Origin: a virus
IMG/VR virus record: IMGVR_UViG_3300012812_000001
Direction: 5' to 3' (one strand)
DNA: 54,608 nt
This document shows positions 36,036 through 43,056 of the stretch, in pieces. The position numbers and the translations under genes are program-made. How positions within the stretch are numbered: the stretch's first letter is position 1; every line of letters begins with the position of its first letter. The notes below the pieces were generated by a model. That model saw only the letters and a program-made list of their open reading frames with translations. It was not told where the DNA came from and ran no database searches.

Positions 36036-36238
36036 GACTGCTCCCCTCGTTTTTTCGGCATCTTATGTGCCGCAGCGCACGATTTGAAGGGCCAAAGATG
36101 CGGTTGGAACACTCTGCGGGATGGGATGTCCTAGTGAGAAGGGCTGGCTCAACACCGGCCCTTTCTATTCTAACCTTTTGTCCTACTGCTCAAGACACCC
36201 GGTATGCGCTACACGAGCGCATTCGCAGGGAGATTTGA

Positions 36239-36592
36239 ATGACGAATGGTTTTCGGATGACGGCGCTGGCGTTAGTGGTCGGCATGGCAGGCACGAGCGC
36301 GCAAGCGGAGAGCCGTATTGTTGGATTTGGGAATCTGTCCTGTTCAGACATCGAGACGTATCTTCACGACCCTCTCGCTGGTCAAGTGCTCGCCTTCTGG
36401 GCACAGGGATACCTGTCGGGAGTCAATGTAGTTATGGCGCAAACCTCCGGAGTCGAACGAGACCTCGAGCAATTTTCCCGCACCGACGCCGCAGTTGACG
36501 CCCTCAAGGCTTCTTGCTCGGATCGTTCCGACCAGCGCATCGCCTCCCATCTCATCAAAATCTACGGGACGATGCCGCCGACAGGACCTTGA
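36239..36592 (+). CDS. Small secreted protein of unknown function
   Basis: Signal peptide MTNGFRMTALALVVGMAGTSAQA with an AxA cleavage site. Two Cys residues in the mature part. Confidence 0.55.
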   Translation: MTNGFRMTALALVVGMAGTSAQAESRIVGFGNLSCSDIETYLHDPLAGQVLAFWAQGYLSGVNVVMAQTSGVERDLEQFSRTDAAVDALKASCSDRSDQRIASHLIKIYGTMPPTGP

Positions 36593-36902
36593 CGGCTAAG
36601 GGGATCAGGCCCTGTATCCCCGGCAGAAGGTCCCACGCAAAGCCGGGATTCGGTGACCGTGGAGATATTGATACAAAGTTCTTCAGCGCTCATTCGATTG
36701 CACCCGCTCAATGAAAAAACGATTATTGAAATAAAAAGATGATTGAAAAGGCGAGGAGAAAATACCCTTCAAGCAATCAGATCCAGGAAGAACAAAGAGA
36801 AGATAGAAATATCCAAGAAAGAAGGAAAAAAGAAAGGCCGAAAAGAATGAAACCTTTGGTCTGAATATGGATCACATCGACCTGATACGATCCGAATGTG
36901 GA

Positions 36903-37295
36903 TCATTCATCACGGGGTCGCATGAGTTCCTCCGCCTCGGCCCGGTCCATCGCCTCTTTATGGGGCTGCCACCATTCCCAGAGGTGGTCAAGGCGTGGCT
37001 CCAGGGATGGCCAGATTGCCCGCATGGCGTCGCGGGATGGGCCTTGTGGACTTGTCCGCCAGCCCAGGTGCGGATTCTTGACGACAGTGCCGGTGATGAC
37101 GCCCTTCATAGCCTCCATGGCTGTGACCGTCCGTGCCTCCGACCAGGCGGCAAGGTCTTCCAGGGGGCGTCCCAAGGCCGACCATTGAGCTTCAGTGAAG
37201 TCGGGGTGGTCTGAGCGCTCCAGCCGACCATCCAAGGCTGCCTTGATCACCCCCAGGTATCTCTCGATCTCTGGACGGTCTTCCTCGTCTGACAT
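36903..37295 (-). CDS. Hypothetical 130-aa protein
   Basis: ORF in the coding-like frame. No motif recognised. Confidence 0.4.
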   Translation of the reverse strand: MSDEEDRPEIERYLGVIKAALDGRLERSDHPDFTEAQWSALGRPLEDLAAWSEARTVTAMEAMKGVITGTVVKNPHLGWRTSPQGPSRDAMRAIWPSLEPRLDHLWEWWQPHKEAMDRAEAEELMRPRDE

Positions 37296-37386
37296 CGGCT
37301 TTCCTCCTGGGGTGGCCTTTCCTGAACATACTGGGAGATGCGTTTATGGGGTAGGGGTTGCTTTTGTATCAATGGGATAGCATGCG

Positions 37387-37405
37387 AAAAACGAGGCCTT
37401 TGGGG
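37387..37405 (+). repeat. Outlying iteron copy AAAAACGAGGCCTTTGGGG
   Basis: Matches the iteron consensus of the arrays at 37604-37685 and 37820-37879. Confidence 0.6.
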
Positions 37406-37517
37406 ATGTTCACATGCATTGGGGAGACGCCTTATTCTTAGCATTTCCTTTGTGCAGCCAAGAGCGATGTCTCCGGAACAGGGTGCTGGAGTGCCCGATC
37501 CGCCTCATAGGGCTTAG

Positions 37518-37526
37518 TTATCCACA
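37518..37526 (+). promoter_or_regulatory. Consensus DnaA box TTATCCACA
   Basis: A perfect 9-mer read directly, between the outlying iteron and the AT-rich GATTC cluster. Confidence 0.7.
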
Positions 37527-37535
37527 GGCCTTCTT

Positions 37536-37574
37536 GATTCATAGATTCAAGATTCAAAGATTCAGGGCTGATTC
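37536..37574. repeat. AT-rich block with five GATTC (GANTC) sites; candidate unwinding element and CcrM methylation cluster
   Basis: GATTC at 37536, 37544, 37551, 37559 and 37570, read directly. Confidence 0.6.
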
Positions 37575-37603
37575 CGCTTTCGTCATCAATAGGTTACCTG
37601 CTG

Positions 37604-37685
37604 AAAAACGAGGTTTCTGGGGCGAGCGACGAGGTATTTGGGGCGTAGAACGAGGAATCCGGGTCGAAAAACGAGGTTTCTGGGG
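37604..37685 (+). repeat. Four tandem iterons at 21-bp spacing (consensus AAAACGAGGwwTCTGGGG)
   Basis: The ACGAGG cores are at 37608, 37629, 37650 and 37671. The first and fourth copies are identical. Confidence 0.85.
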
Positions 37686-37819
37686 ATGGCTCAGACACTG
37701 CCGGTCATCTGTGAATAATGGATCTTCGTCGTGCTTTCACATGCTCAGATGATCTTAAAACGAATCAACTTGCCCCGTCATCCTCGTTATAGCATCCTGC
37801 CGGGAAACCTCGATTCGAG

Positions 37820-37879
37820 AAAAACGAGGAATCTGGGGAGTGCTTCGGCGGCTCCTGACTAAAAACGAGGAATCTGGGG
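37820..37879 (+). repeat. Two identical iterons AAAAACGAGGAATCTGGGG overlapping the repA promoter/RBS region
   Basis: Copies at 37820-37838 and 37861-37879. The second ends 9 nt before the repA ATG. Confidence 0.85.
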
Positions 37880-37888
37880 GGAGTAGGC

Positions 37889-38803
37889 ATGGTAGATCAA
37901 TCTCTTCCGACGCGCGTGTTCGATCTGAAGCCGGTCTATGGGGAGGCGATCAAGCCATCCGAACTGATCCAGATTACTGGCCACCAGAACCTCACCCTCA
38001 GCGCCCGGCGGGCGATCACGATCCTTTGGCACAATGCGCATCGCCAAGGTATTGAGGAGGGAAAGTATTATACCATTGAGTTGGCGGATCTACGGACGGA
38101 CGGGCACAAAGGGAAGGACACGATTGAAGACTCGATAGAGGTTCTGATGCAGACCGTCCTGAAGATGAAGCTGAAAGGTAAGGCTGTTCGTCGTGTGCAG
38201 TTCCTGGGCGGGAACGACATGGACGATCCCGGCCGCCCGTCCGGGACTTTGAAATACAGCTTTGACCCGCTGCTAGTGGATATACTGCGAGACTCTGCTG
38301 TCTGGGGAAAAATTGCGATCCCGGTCTTAATGGCCTTTTCTTCGAAATATGCCGTTTCTCTCTACGAGCATGCATGTCAGTGGACTGGCTTACAGCACAA
38401 GCTCGTCCAGGATTTCACCCTTGATGAGCTGCGCCTCATGATGGGGGTCGAGAAGGGAAAATATTCTGCGTTTGGCGATTTAAACATCCACGTCCTCAAG
38501 CCTGCTGCTAAAGAGATCAATGCCCTAGCACCTTTTAACGTCCAGATTTTGCCCGTCAAAGAGGGTCGCCGCGTTGTCGGCGTAAAGATCGGCTGGGGCA
38601 GGAAGAACATCGAGGAACTCCAGGAAGCCTTCAGGGAGAGCCAAAGGTCGAAGGTTGGACGCAAAGCGCGTTTGTCGGGGCTTGCGGAAGCTGTCGTAGG
38701 GGCGGTGCCAAGCTTGAGCAGCCACTCCCGGGCGGCACGGCTCACGGCCAGGAAAGATGTGGATCGTGTGATCGATGACGGCGATGAGCCGTCATCTTCT
38801 TGA
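37889..38803 (+). CDS. repA: Iteron-binding plasmid replication initiator (Rep_3/RepA-type)
   Basis: ...LIQITGHQNLTLSARRAITILWHNAH..., ...FSSKYAVSLYEHACQW..., and ...LDELRLMMGVEKGKYSAFGDLNIHVLKPAAKEINA... follow the Rep_3 pattern. Iterons lie immediately upstream. Confidence 0.85.
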   Translation: MVDQSLPTRVFDLKPVYGEAIKPSELIQITGHQNLTLSARRAITILWHNAHRQGIEEGKYYTIELADLRTDGHKGKDTIEDSIEVLMQTVLKMKLKGKAVRRVQFLGGNDMDDPGRPSGTLKYSFDPLLVDILRDSAVWGKIAIPVLMAFSSKYAVSLYEHACQWTGLQHKLVQDFTLDELRLMMGVEKGKYSAFGDLNIHVLKPAAKEINALAPFNVQILPVKEGRRVVGVKIGWGRKNIEELQEAFRESQRSKVGRKARLSGLAEAVVGAVPSLSSHSRAARLTARKDVDRVIDDGDEPSSS

Positions 38804-38940
38804 CTAAGTCGGCGGTGATCACTCGGAGACGGTCGTCGGGCCGGTGGCCAGCGTCTCGTCGCAGTCCCGCGCGGCGAGACTGGAACGCAGGAGGGCAGGG
38901 GGCGCCGTGATTGATGATGGGGACACCGCCAGGTGAAGGA

Positions 38941-39729
38941 TCACGAAATCAGGCCGCGCTGTAGGATTTCCACCTCTGTCCCAGGCGGGACCTCCCAAGG
39001 GTAGCCAAAGGAGACGTTCCGGACGACGGTGTTGCCGACCATTGCCTCGCTGCGGTGGTGAGTATGCCCGAAAAGCCAGGCATCCGGTTGATACCGATGA
39101 ATGAACCCAATAAGGTCCGAGGCATATGCGGGCTGTGCGCAAGCGTCCTGGGACGCCGCCAGGGCAGGGTGTGGCGCATGATGTGTCACGACGATTGTGC
39201 GGCCTCTGAACGGCCGTTCCAAGGCCTTCCCGAGCCAGGATAGGTGGTCTCGGTGAATAGCCGCGGTGTCCCCCGGTGAAATCATGCGATCGTCCCGGCC
39301 GCGGATCTGCTTGTAGTCGTTCATCCACTTCTGGGCACCCATTTCTCCGATCAGGGCGTCGCCGTGGAGCGCAAAATCGGTCCACAGGGTGCAGCAGAGG
39401 ACCCGGTCTCGGCCCACGATGATCTCCGACTTCTGTGCAAGCCTGCCACCTGCGGAAATGCAGATCTCAGCAAGGGTGTCCTCGTCGTCAAGGACATGCC
39501 CGTAATAATCGTGATTCCCGGGAATGATATGGAGCTTCCCAGGGCCGACAAGGTGCGCGAGACGCTCCAGGTGGCGCGGCCAGAGCTGCACCGGATCATT
39601 GGACAGGTCGCCGGCGATGATGAGAGCGTCCAGGTCGGCCAGGATTGCCGCATCGAGACCGGCGAGCGGGTCTCGCCCTGCGGCGGCCCAGACATCGAGG
39701 TGCGGGTCGGCTATGATGAGGGTGGACAT
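38941..39729 (-). CDS. Metallophosphoesterase (Icc/CpdA-like layout)
   Basis: From ATG 39729: LIIADPHLD, IIAGDLSND, IPGNHDYY, VVTHHAP, and FGHTHH in canonical order. The 13 codons upstream in the track ORF are read-through of the repeat module. Confidence 0.8.
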   Translation of the reverse strand: MSTLIIADPHLDVWAAAGRDPLAGLDAAILADLDALIIAGDLSNDPVQLWPRHLERLAHLVGPGKLHIIPGNHDYYGHVLDDEDTLAEICISAGGRLAQKSEIIVGRDRVLCCTLWTDFALHGDALIGEMGAQKWMNDYKQIRGRDDRMISPGDTAAIHRDHLSWLGKALERPFRGRTIVVTHHAPHPALAASQDACAQPAYASDLIGFIHRYQPDAWLFGHTHHRSEAMVGNTVVRNVSFGYPWEVPPGTEVEILQRGLIS

Positions 39730-39751
39730 GGTGATCCTGTCGGTGAGCGCA

Positions 39752-40029
39752 TAGTAGGTGAAGGGCACATACTAGACACCTACTACCCGACCTGCTAGAG
39801 ATTTTTGTGTTCTATATCAAGATTCTAAGGGAAGAATCTGACCACCTAGCAGGTTAGCAGGTGGTTTCGCAGACTTCTATAGAGCTGAAAAATAGTTTCT
39901 ACCTCCTATAGGAGTTTGTTTTTCACCTACTAACCTACTAGATTTTGAAATACCCCACTGATAAATAACAATAAAACAGGCTAGTAGGTGCCCTAGTAGG
40001 TGGGTAGTATGTGCCCTCCACCTACTAGG
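39752..40029. repeat. Left mirror module (~278 bp): 47-bp inverted end motifs, a TAGTAGGTG/CACCTACTA array, and central palindrome CTCCTATAGGAG (39903-39914)
   Basis: Read directly. Six exact 9-mer copies at 39752, 39982 and 39994 on plus, and 39777, 39924 and 40019 as reverse complement. There are about four one-mismatch copies. The interior is AT-rich. Confidence 0.9.
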
Positions 40030-40248
40030 CGCCGACTACGAACGGTGGTGTGCCTTGGAAGACAAATGTTACATAATAACGGTTATCACCATTCCGTGAG
40101 CGCTTTGGCGGGGGCCTCCAACGGAAGGAAAAGGTGATATCCTCGCCTCGAATAGCTATGAAGGGTTCCATCAAGTCCAGGAACGCCGTAAAAAGGTCTC
40201 GGCGTCATTCGACAAAGGGCATTGCGTTAATATCCTGGAGACCATGCA

Positions 40249-41352
40249 ATGCCACGCATCCCGTTCATCGAAGCTAAATTCGCAAGAGATGATTATAAGC
40301 ACGACCTGCTTGTCGATCGTTTCGAAAAATATCTGAAGCAGCTCCGGCGATCAAAGACTGCAGATATTGCAGGCGAGGACGCAAATGCGGATGATTATAG
40401 TCTTCCGGAGCTTTTTGACGGGTCCGATACCGTCGCATTACGCAGAGCCGATCAGACCAAAATCGCACGCCGGGTTTCGAAGCTTGTCAATGCGCACCTG
40501 GCAGCTACCGGAATAGATCACCTAAGCGATAGCGACAAGAAGCGCCTGGTCGGCTTGCGGGATGGCGTCGAGATTGTCGCTATCGAGAGCGAAGCTCGGG
40601 CAGATGAGATCGCTGCCGACCTGCATGCGGACATGCCATGGATGGCACCGGCTACGACAGTCGTCTGGCATGCCCTGCGGCGTTCCGTCCGGGAGGGATG
40701 GACTGGCGTGCGCCTACCCCCGCTCCTTCTCTCTGGCCCGCCCGGGATCGGTAAATCACATTTTGCCCGGCGCCTCGCAGGGCTGGTGGGCACGTCGACA
40801 GACGACATTGAAGCAACCCACGAGACGGCGGGTTTTGGTATTTCTGGGTTGCAGAAGGGCTGGGGGACAGCGAATCCCGGACGCCTGCTCGAGCTGATCC
40901 TGAAGACCCGGATCGGTAACCCTATCATTGTCATCGACGAAGTGGAGAAAGCGGGAGTTATGGTGGCGAAGAGTGGCGAGCGACACACGCTGGCGGATGC
41001 TCTCCTGCCCTTACTTGAGCCGCTTTCAGCAAAGAGCTGGTCCTGTCCATACTTCCGGGTCCGCTTCGACATGTCCTGGGTCGGCTGGGTGATGACCGCC
41101 AATGATCATACTCGGCTCCCTGCCCCGCTCCTGAGTCGATGCCCGCCGGTCGTGCTGCGCGATCTTACGCTTGCCGAGGTCTCCCAACATATTCGGTTCG
41201 AGGGGAAGCGACGCGGGCTCTCGCATGTCGCGATCGATGCGACCCTAGAAGCGGTTGAGCGACATGCCGGTCGGCATCGCATTGATCTGAGATTGGCCGG
41301 GCGGCTCCTGGATCGCGCTGTGGACCTGCAGGACGGGCCGGTCTTGAACTGA
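40249..41352 (+). CDS. Lon-type AAA+ ATPase module without a protease domain (367 aa), unknown N-terminal ~160 aa
   Basis: LLLSGPPGIGKSHFARRLA (Walker A), PIIVIDEVEKAG (Walker B), and ...ADALLPLLEP...SWVGWVMTANDHTRLPAPLLSRC... align motif-for-motif with the Lon ATPase domain (GPPGVGKTS, LLDEIDK, ALLEVLDPEQN, FVATSNS..IPAPLLDR). Confidence 0.8.
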   Translation: MPRIPFIEAKFARDDYKHDLLVDRFEKYLKQLRRSKTADIAGEDANADDYSLPELFDGSDTVALRRADQTKIARRVSKLVNAHLAATGIDHLSDSDKKRLVGLRDGVEIVAIESEARADEIAADLHADMPWMAPATTVVWHALRRSVREGWTGVRLPPLLLSGPPGIGKSHFARRLAGLVGTSTDDIEATHETAGFGISGLQKGWGTANPGRLLELILKTRIGNPIIVIDEVEKAGVMVAKSGERHTLADALLPLLEPLSAKSWSCPYFRVRFDMSWVGWVMTANDHTRLPAPLLSRCPPVVLRDLTLAEVSQHIRFEGKRRGLSHVAIDATLEAVERHAGRHRIDLRLAGRLLDRAVDLQDGPVLN

Positions 41353-41389
41353 CATGGAGGGCAGAGGGGTGGGAGTTGGGCTCGTCCAA

Positions 41390-41668
41390 CTAGTAGGTGA
41401 AGGGCACATACTAGCCACCTACTAGGGCACCTACTAGCCAATTTGTCTTTACTTATCAGTGGGATATTTCCAAATCTAGTAGGTTAGTAGGTGAAAAAAC
41501 AAACTCCTATAGGAGGTAAAAAACTATTTTCAGTTCTATAGAAGTCTGCGAAACCACCTGCTAACCTGCTAGAGAGCCGGATTTTGAATGTAAGTTGTTG
41601 GTGTAGAATGGAAATAATTCTAGCAGGTCAGGTAGTAGGTGGGTAGTATGTGCCCTCCACCTACTAGG
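41390..41668. repeat. Right mirror module (~279 bp), reverse complement of the left module; central palindrome at 41504-41515
   Basis: 41390-41572 is the reverse complement of 39846-40029 with a few mismatches and 1-nt indels. 41620-41668 is the reverse complement of 39752-39798. Six exact 9-mer copies at 41391, 41485 and 41633 on plus, and 41416, 41428 and 41658 as reverse complement. Confidence 0.9.
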
Positions 41669-41690
41669 TGGCGGTGGCAGAGCAGGAGGC

Positions 41691-41870
41691 ATGACCACGC
41701 CGGGAGATAAAGCGAACACCCCTCGAGATGGGCAAGGGCCTGTGCGCAGCAAGGAACTGCTCACGGTCCTGGCCAGACTGGACCCGCTCGGAGCCGAGGA
41801 CCAGATGCCCGACCTGGACGAAACGCTTCTCCCGGCCAAAGAAATTGACCTCAGATCAGGCGGCCGATGA
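41691..41870 (+). CDS. Possible 59-aa ORF leaving the right module
   Basis: The ATG is preceded by AGGAGG, but the spacing is only 1 nt. Mostly G/C-ending codons. It is below the track length cut-off. Confidence 0.25.
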   Translation: MTTPGDKANTPRDGQGPVRSKELLTVLARLDPLGAEDQMPDLDETLLPAKEIDLRSGGR

Positions 41871-41891
41871 ACCAAGTTGGCCGTGGCCAAC

Positions 41892-42512
41892 TCACCCATG
41901 CAAACCAATAATGCCAAGGATTCCGTGGAGATCGTCGATCTCATCTGCCTTGAGCAGCTGCACATTGCGACGGATCCTCACCGCCAGTAGCCCAGCCGCC
42001 CTTGCCCCAATGACGTCGGAGGCCGCGCTGTCGCCCACCATCAAGACAGCGCCAGGTTCGACATCAAGCCGCTCGCAGACCGCCTGGAAGAAGCGGCCTT
42101 CAGGCTTCACAGCCCCAATATCGCAGGAATAGCATTCGACATCGACAAACCCTTCCAGCAAGCCGCGCACCTTCTGGACGTAGGGCTGGGCGACATTTGA
42201 CGCCAGGGCGAGCCGCAGTCCAGCCCGGCCTAGCCGCCGTAAAACCTCCTCAGACTCGGGAAACAGCGGGATCGAGGAGATTTCGATGGCCAGGTCGTCG
42301 GCCCAAGCTTCGCGCCAGACTGCCCCGCAGAGCTCTGAGAATTCCTGTAGCGACACGGGCACCCGGCGAGGATCCACCGGATATCGATCTCGTGTGCAGA
42401 TCCCTGCAGCCTCAGCGATTTGGCGCCAAGGGTTCCTGGGCTCCTTCATCATCAGGAGGGTCCCAAAAACATCGAAGGCCACCGCCTGGGGCGGGATTTG
42501 CCATTGCGTCAC
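41892..42512 (-). CDS. HAD-superfamily hydrolase (haloacid dehalogenase-like subfamily)
   Basis: Motif I AFDVFGTLL, then ...ALASN..., ...GAVKPE..., and ...MVGDSAASDV... Confidence 0.75.
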   Translation of the reverse strand: MTQWQIPPQAVAFDVFGTLLMMKEPRNPWRQIAEAAGICTRDRYPVDPRRVPVSLQEFSELCGAVWREAWADDLAIEISSIPLFPESEEVLRRLGRAGLRLALASNVAQPYVQKVRGLLEGFVDVECYSCDIGAVKPEGRFFQAVCERLDVEPGAVLMVGDSAASDVIGARAAGLLAVRIRRNVQLLKADEIDDLHGILGIIGLHG

Positions 42513-42772
42513 GACTGGCCACTCACCTCGCGGACTTCGTGCAAAGAAGTCCCGGCGGGCAGCACAGCGATCATGTCACGCGCAGCATTCTTGATGACTG
42601 TTTCTGCGTCATCCCCTTCCACCGTCAGCGAGACCGCCAGGAACCCCGCTGATCCCGTGCCGACGAGAGCATCCTTGAATCCCGCCTCGTAGACGGCGTC
42701 GGACAGAGCAAATGCATCGCGCTCTCCATCGGGGAGCGCGAAAACCAGATCGAATGCGAATTCTTCTGCCAT
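42509..42772 (-). CDS. Hypothetical 87-aa protein
   Basis: The internal ATG at 42772 is preceded by GAAGAGGGG. 4-nt overlap with the HAD gene. Confidence 0.45.
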   Translation of the reverse strand: MAEEFAFDLVFALPDGERDAFALSDAVYEAGFKDALVGTGSAGFLAVSLTVEGDDAETVIKNAARDMIAVLPAGTSLHEVREVSGQS

Positions 42773-42806
42773 GGGCCCCTCTTCGAGTTTTCGGTCCCAG
42801 GTAACG

Positions 42807-42837
42807 AAAAAAACCGGCCATCCGCAAGGATGGCCGG
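42807..42837 (-). terminator. Terminator-like hairpin with T-run in the leader of the 87-aa/HAD operon
   Basis: On the minus strand, CCGGCCATCC-TTGC-GGATGGCCGG is followed by TTTTTTT, 35 nt upstream of ATG 42772. Confidence 0.5.
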
Positions 42838-43056
42838 CTTGGAGGTCTGTGAAGCAAAGAAGGAGCCCCGAGCTTCTCTCTCGGCGCATGATGGAAATAC
42901 GCACATGCCGTGAAACTTCAACACCCGGGATACAGATTATTTCCGCCTCTCCTCGTCATCTGAAAAACAATGCATAAAAATGCACTGTTGATGCATTTAG
43001 CACGTTGCTTTTTCGCATGGCGAATTACTTTCCCTGATGAAGCAGGGAGATCACAA

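Noticed and set aside
37414-37752. 112-aa plus-strand ORF with a repeated peptide (EKRGFWGERRGIWGVERGIRVEKRGFWG)
   Set aside because: The peptide repeat is simply the translation of the RepA iterons. The region is the origin, not a gene.
39801-40248. A tRNA or other small RNA gene in the AT-rich stretches around the modules
   Set aside because: I could not fold a cloverleaf or find T-loop (GTTCGAATC-like) or anticodon-arm features. No rRNA or tRNA was recognised anywhere in the window. A tRNAscan run would be needed to be certain.
40163-40282. 39-codon basic ORF (MKGSIKSRNAVKRSRRHSTKG...) overlapping the ATPase start
   Set aside because: It has no RBS, a low-GC3 composition unlike real genes here, and sits in the leader. 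It is more likely non-coding.
39752-41668. The repeat modules as a CRISPR array, a composite transposon/IS, or an N15-type telomere site
   Set aside because: - CRISPR: there is no regular repeat-spacer periodicity.
- Transposon/IS: there is no transposase, and I could see no flanking target duplication.
- Telomere: the only perfect palindromes are 12 bp, there are two of them, and no protelomerase-sized gene is present.

A MITE-like origin cannot be fully excluded and is kept as an alternative in the finding.
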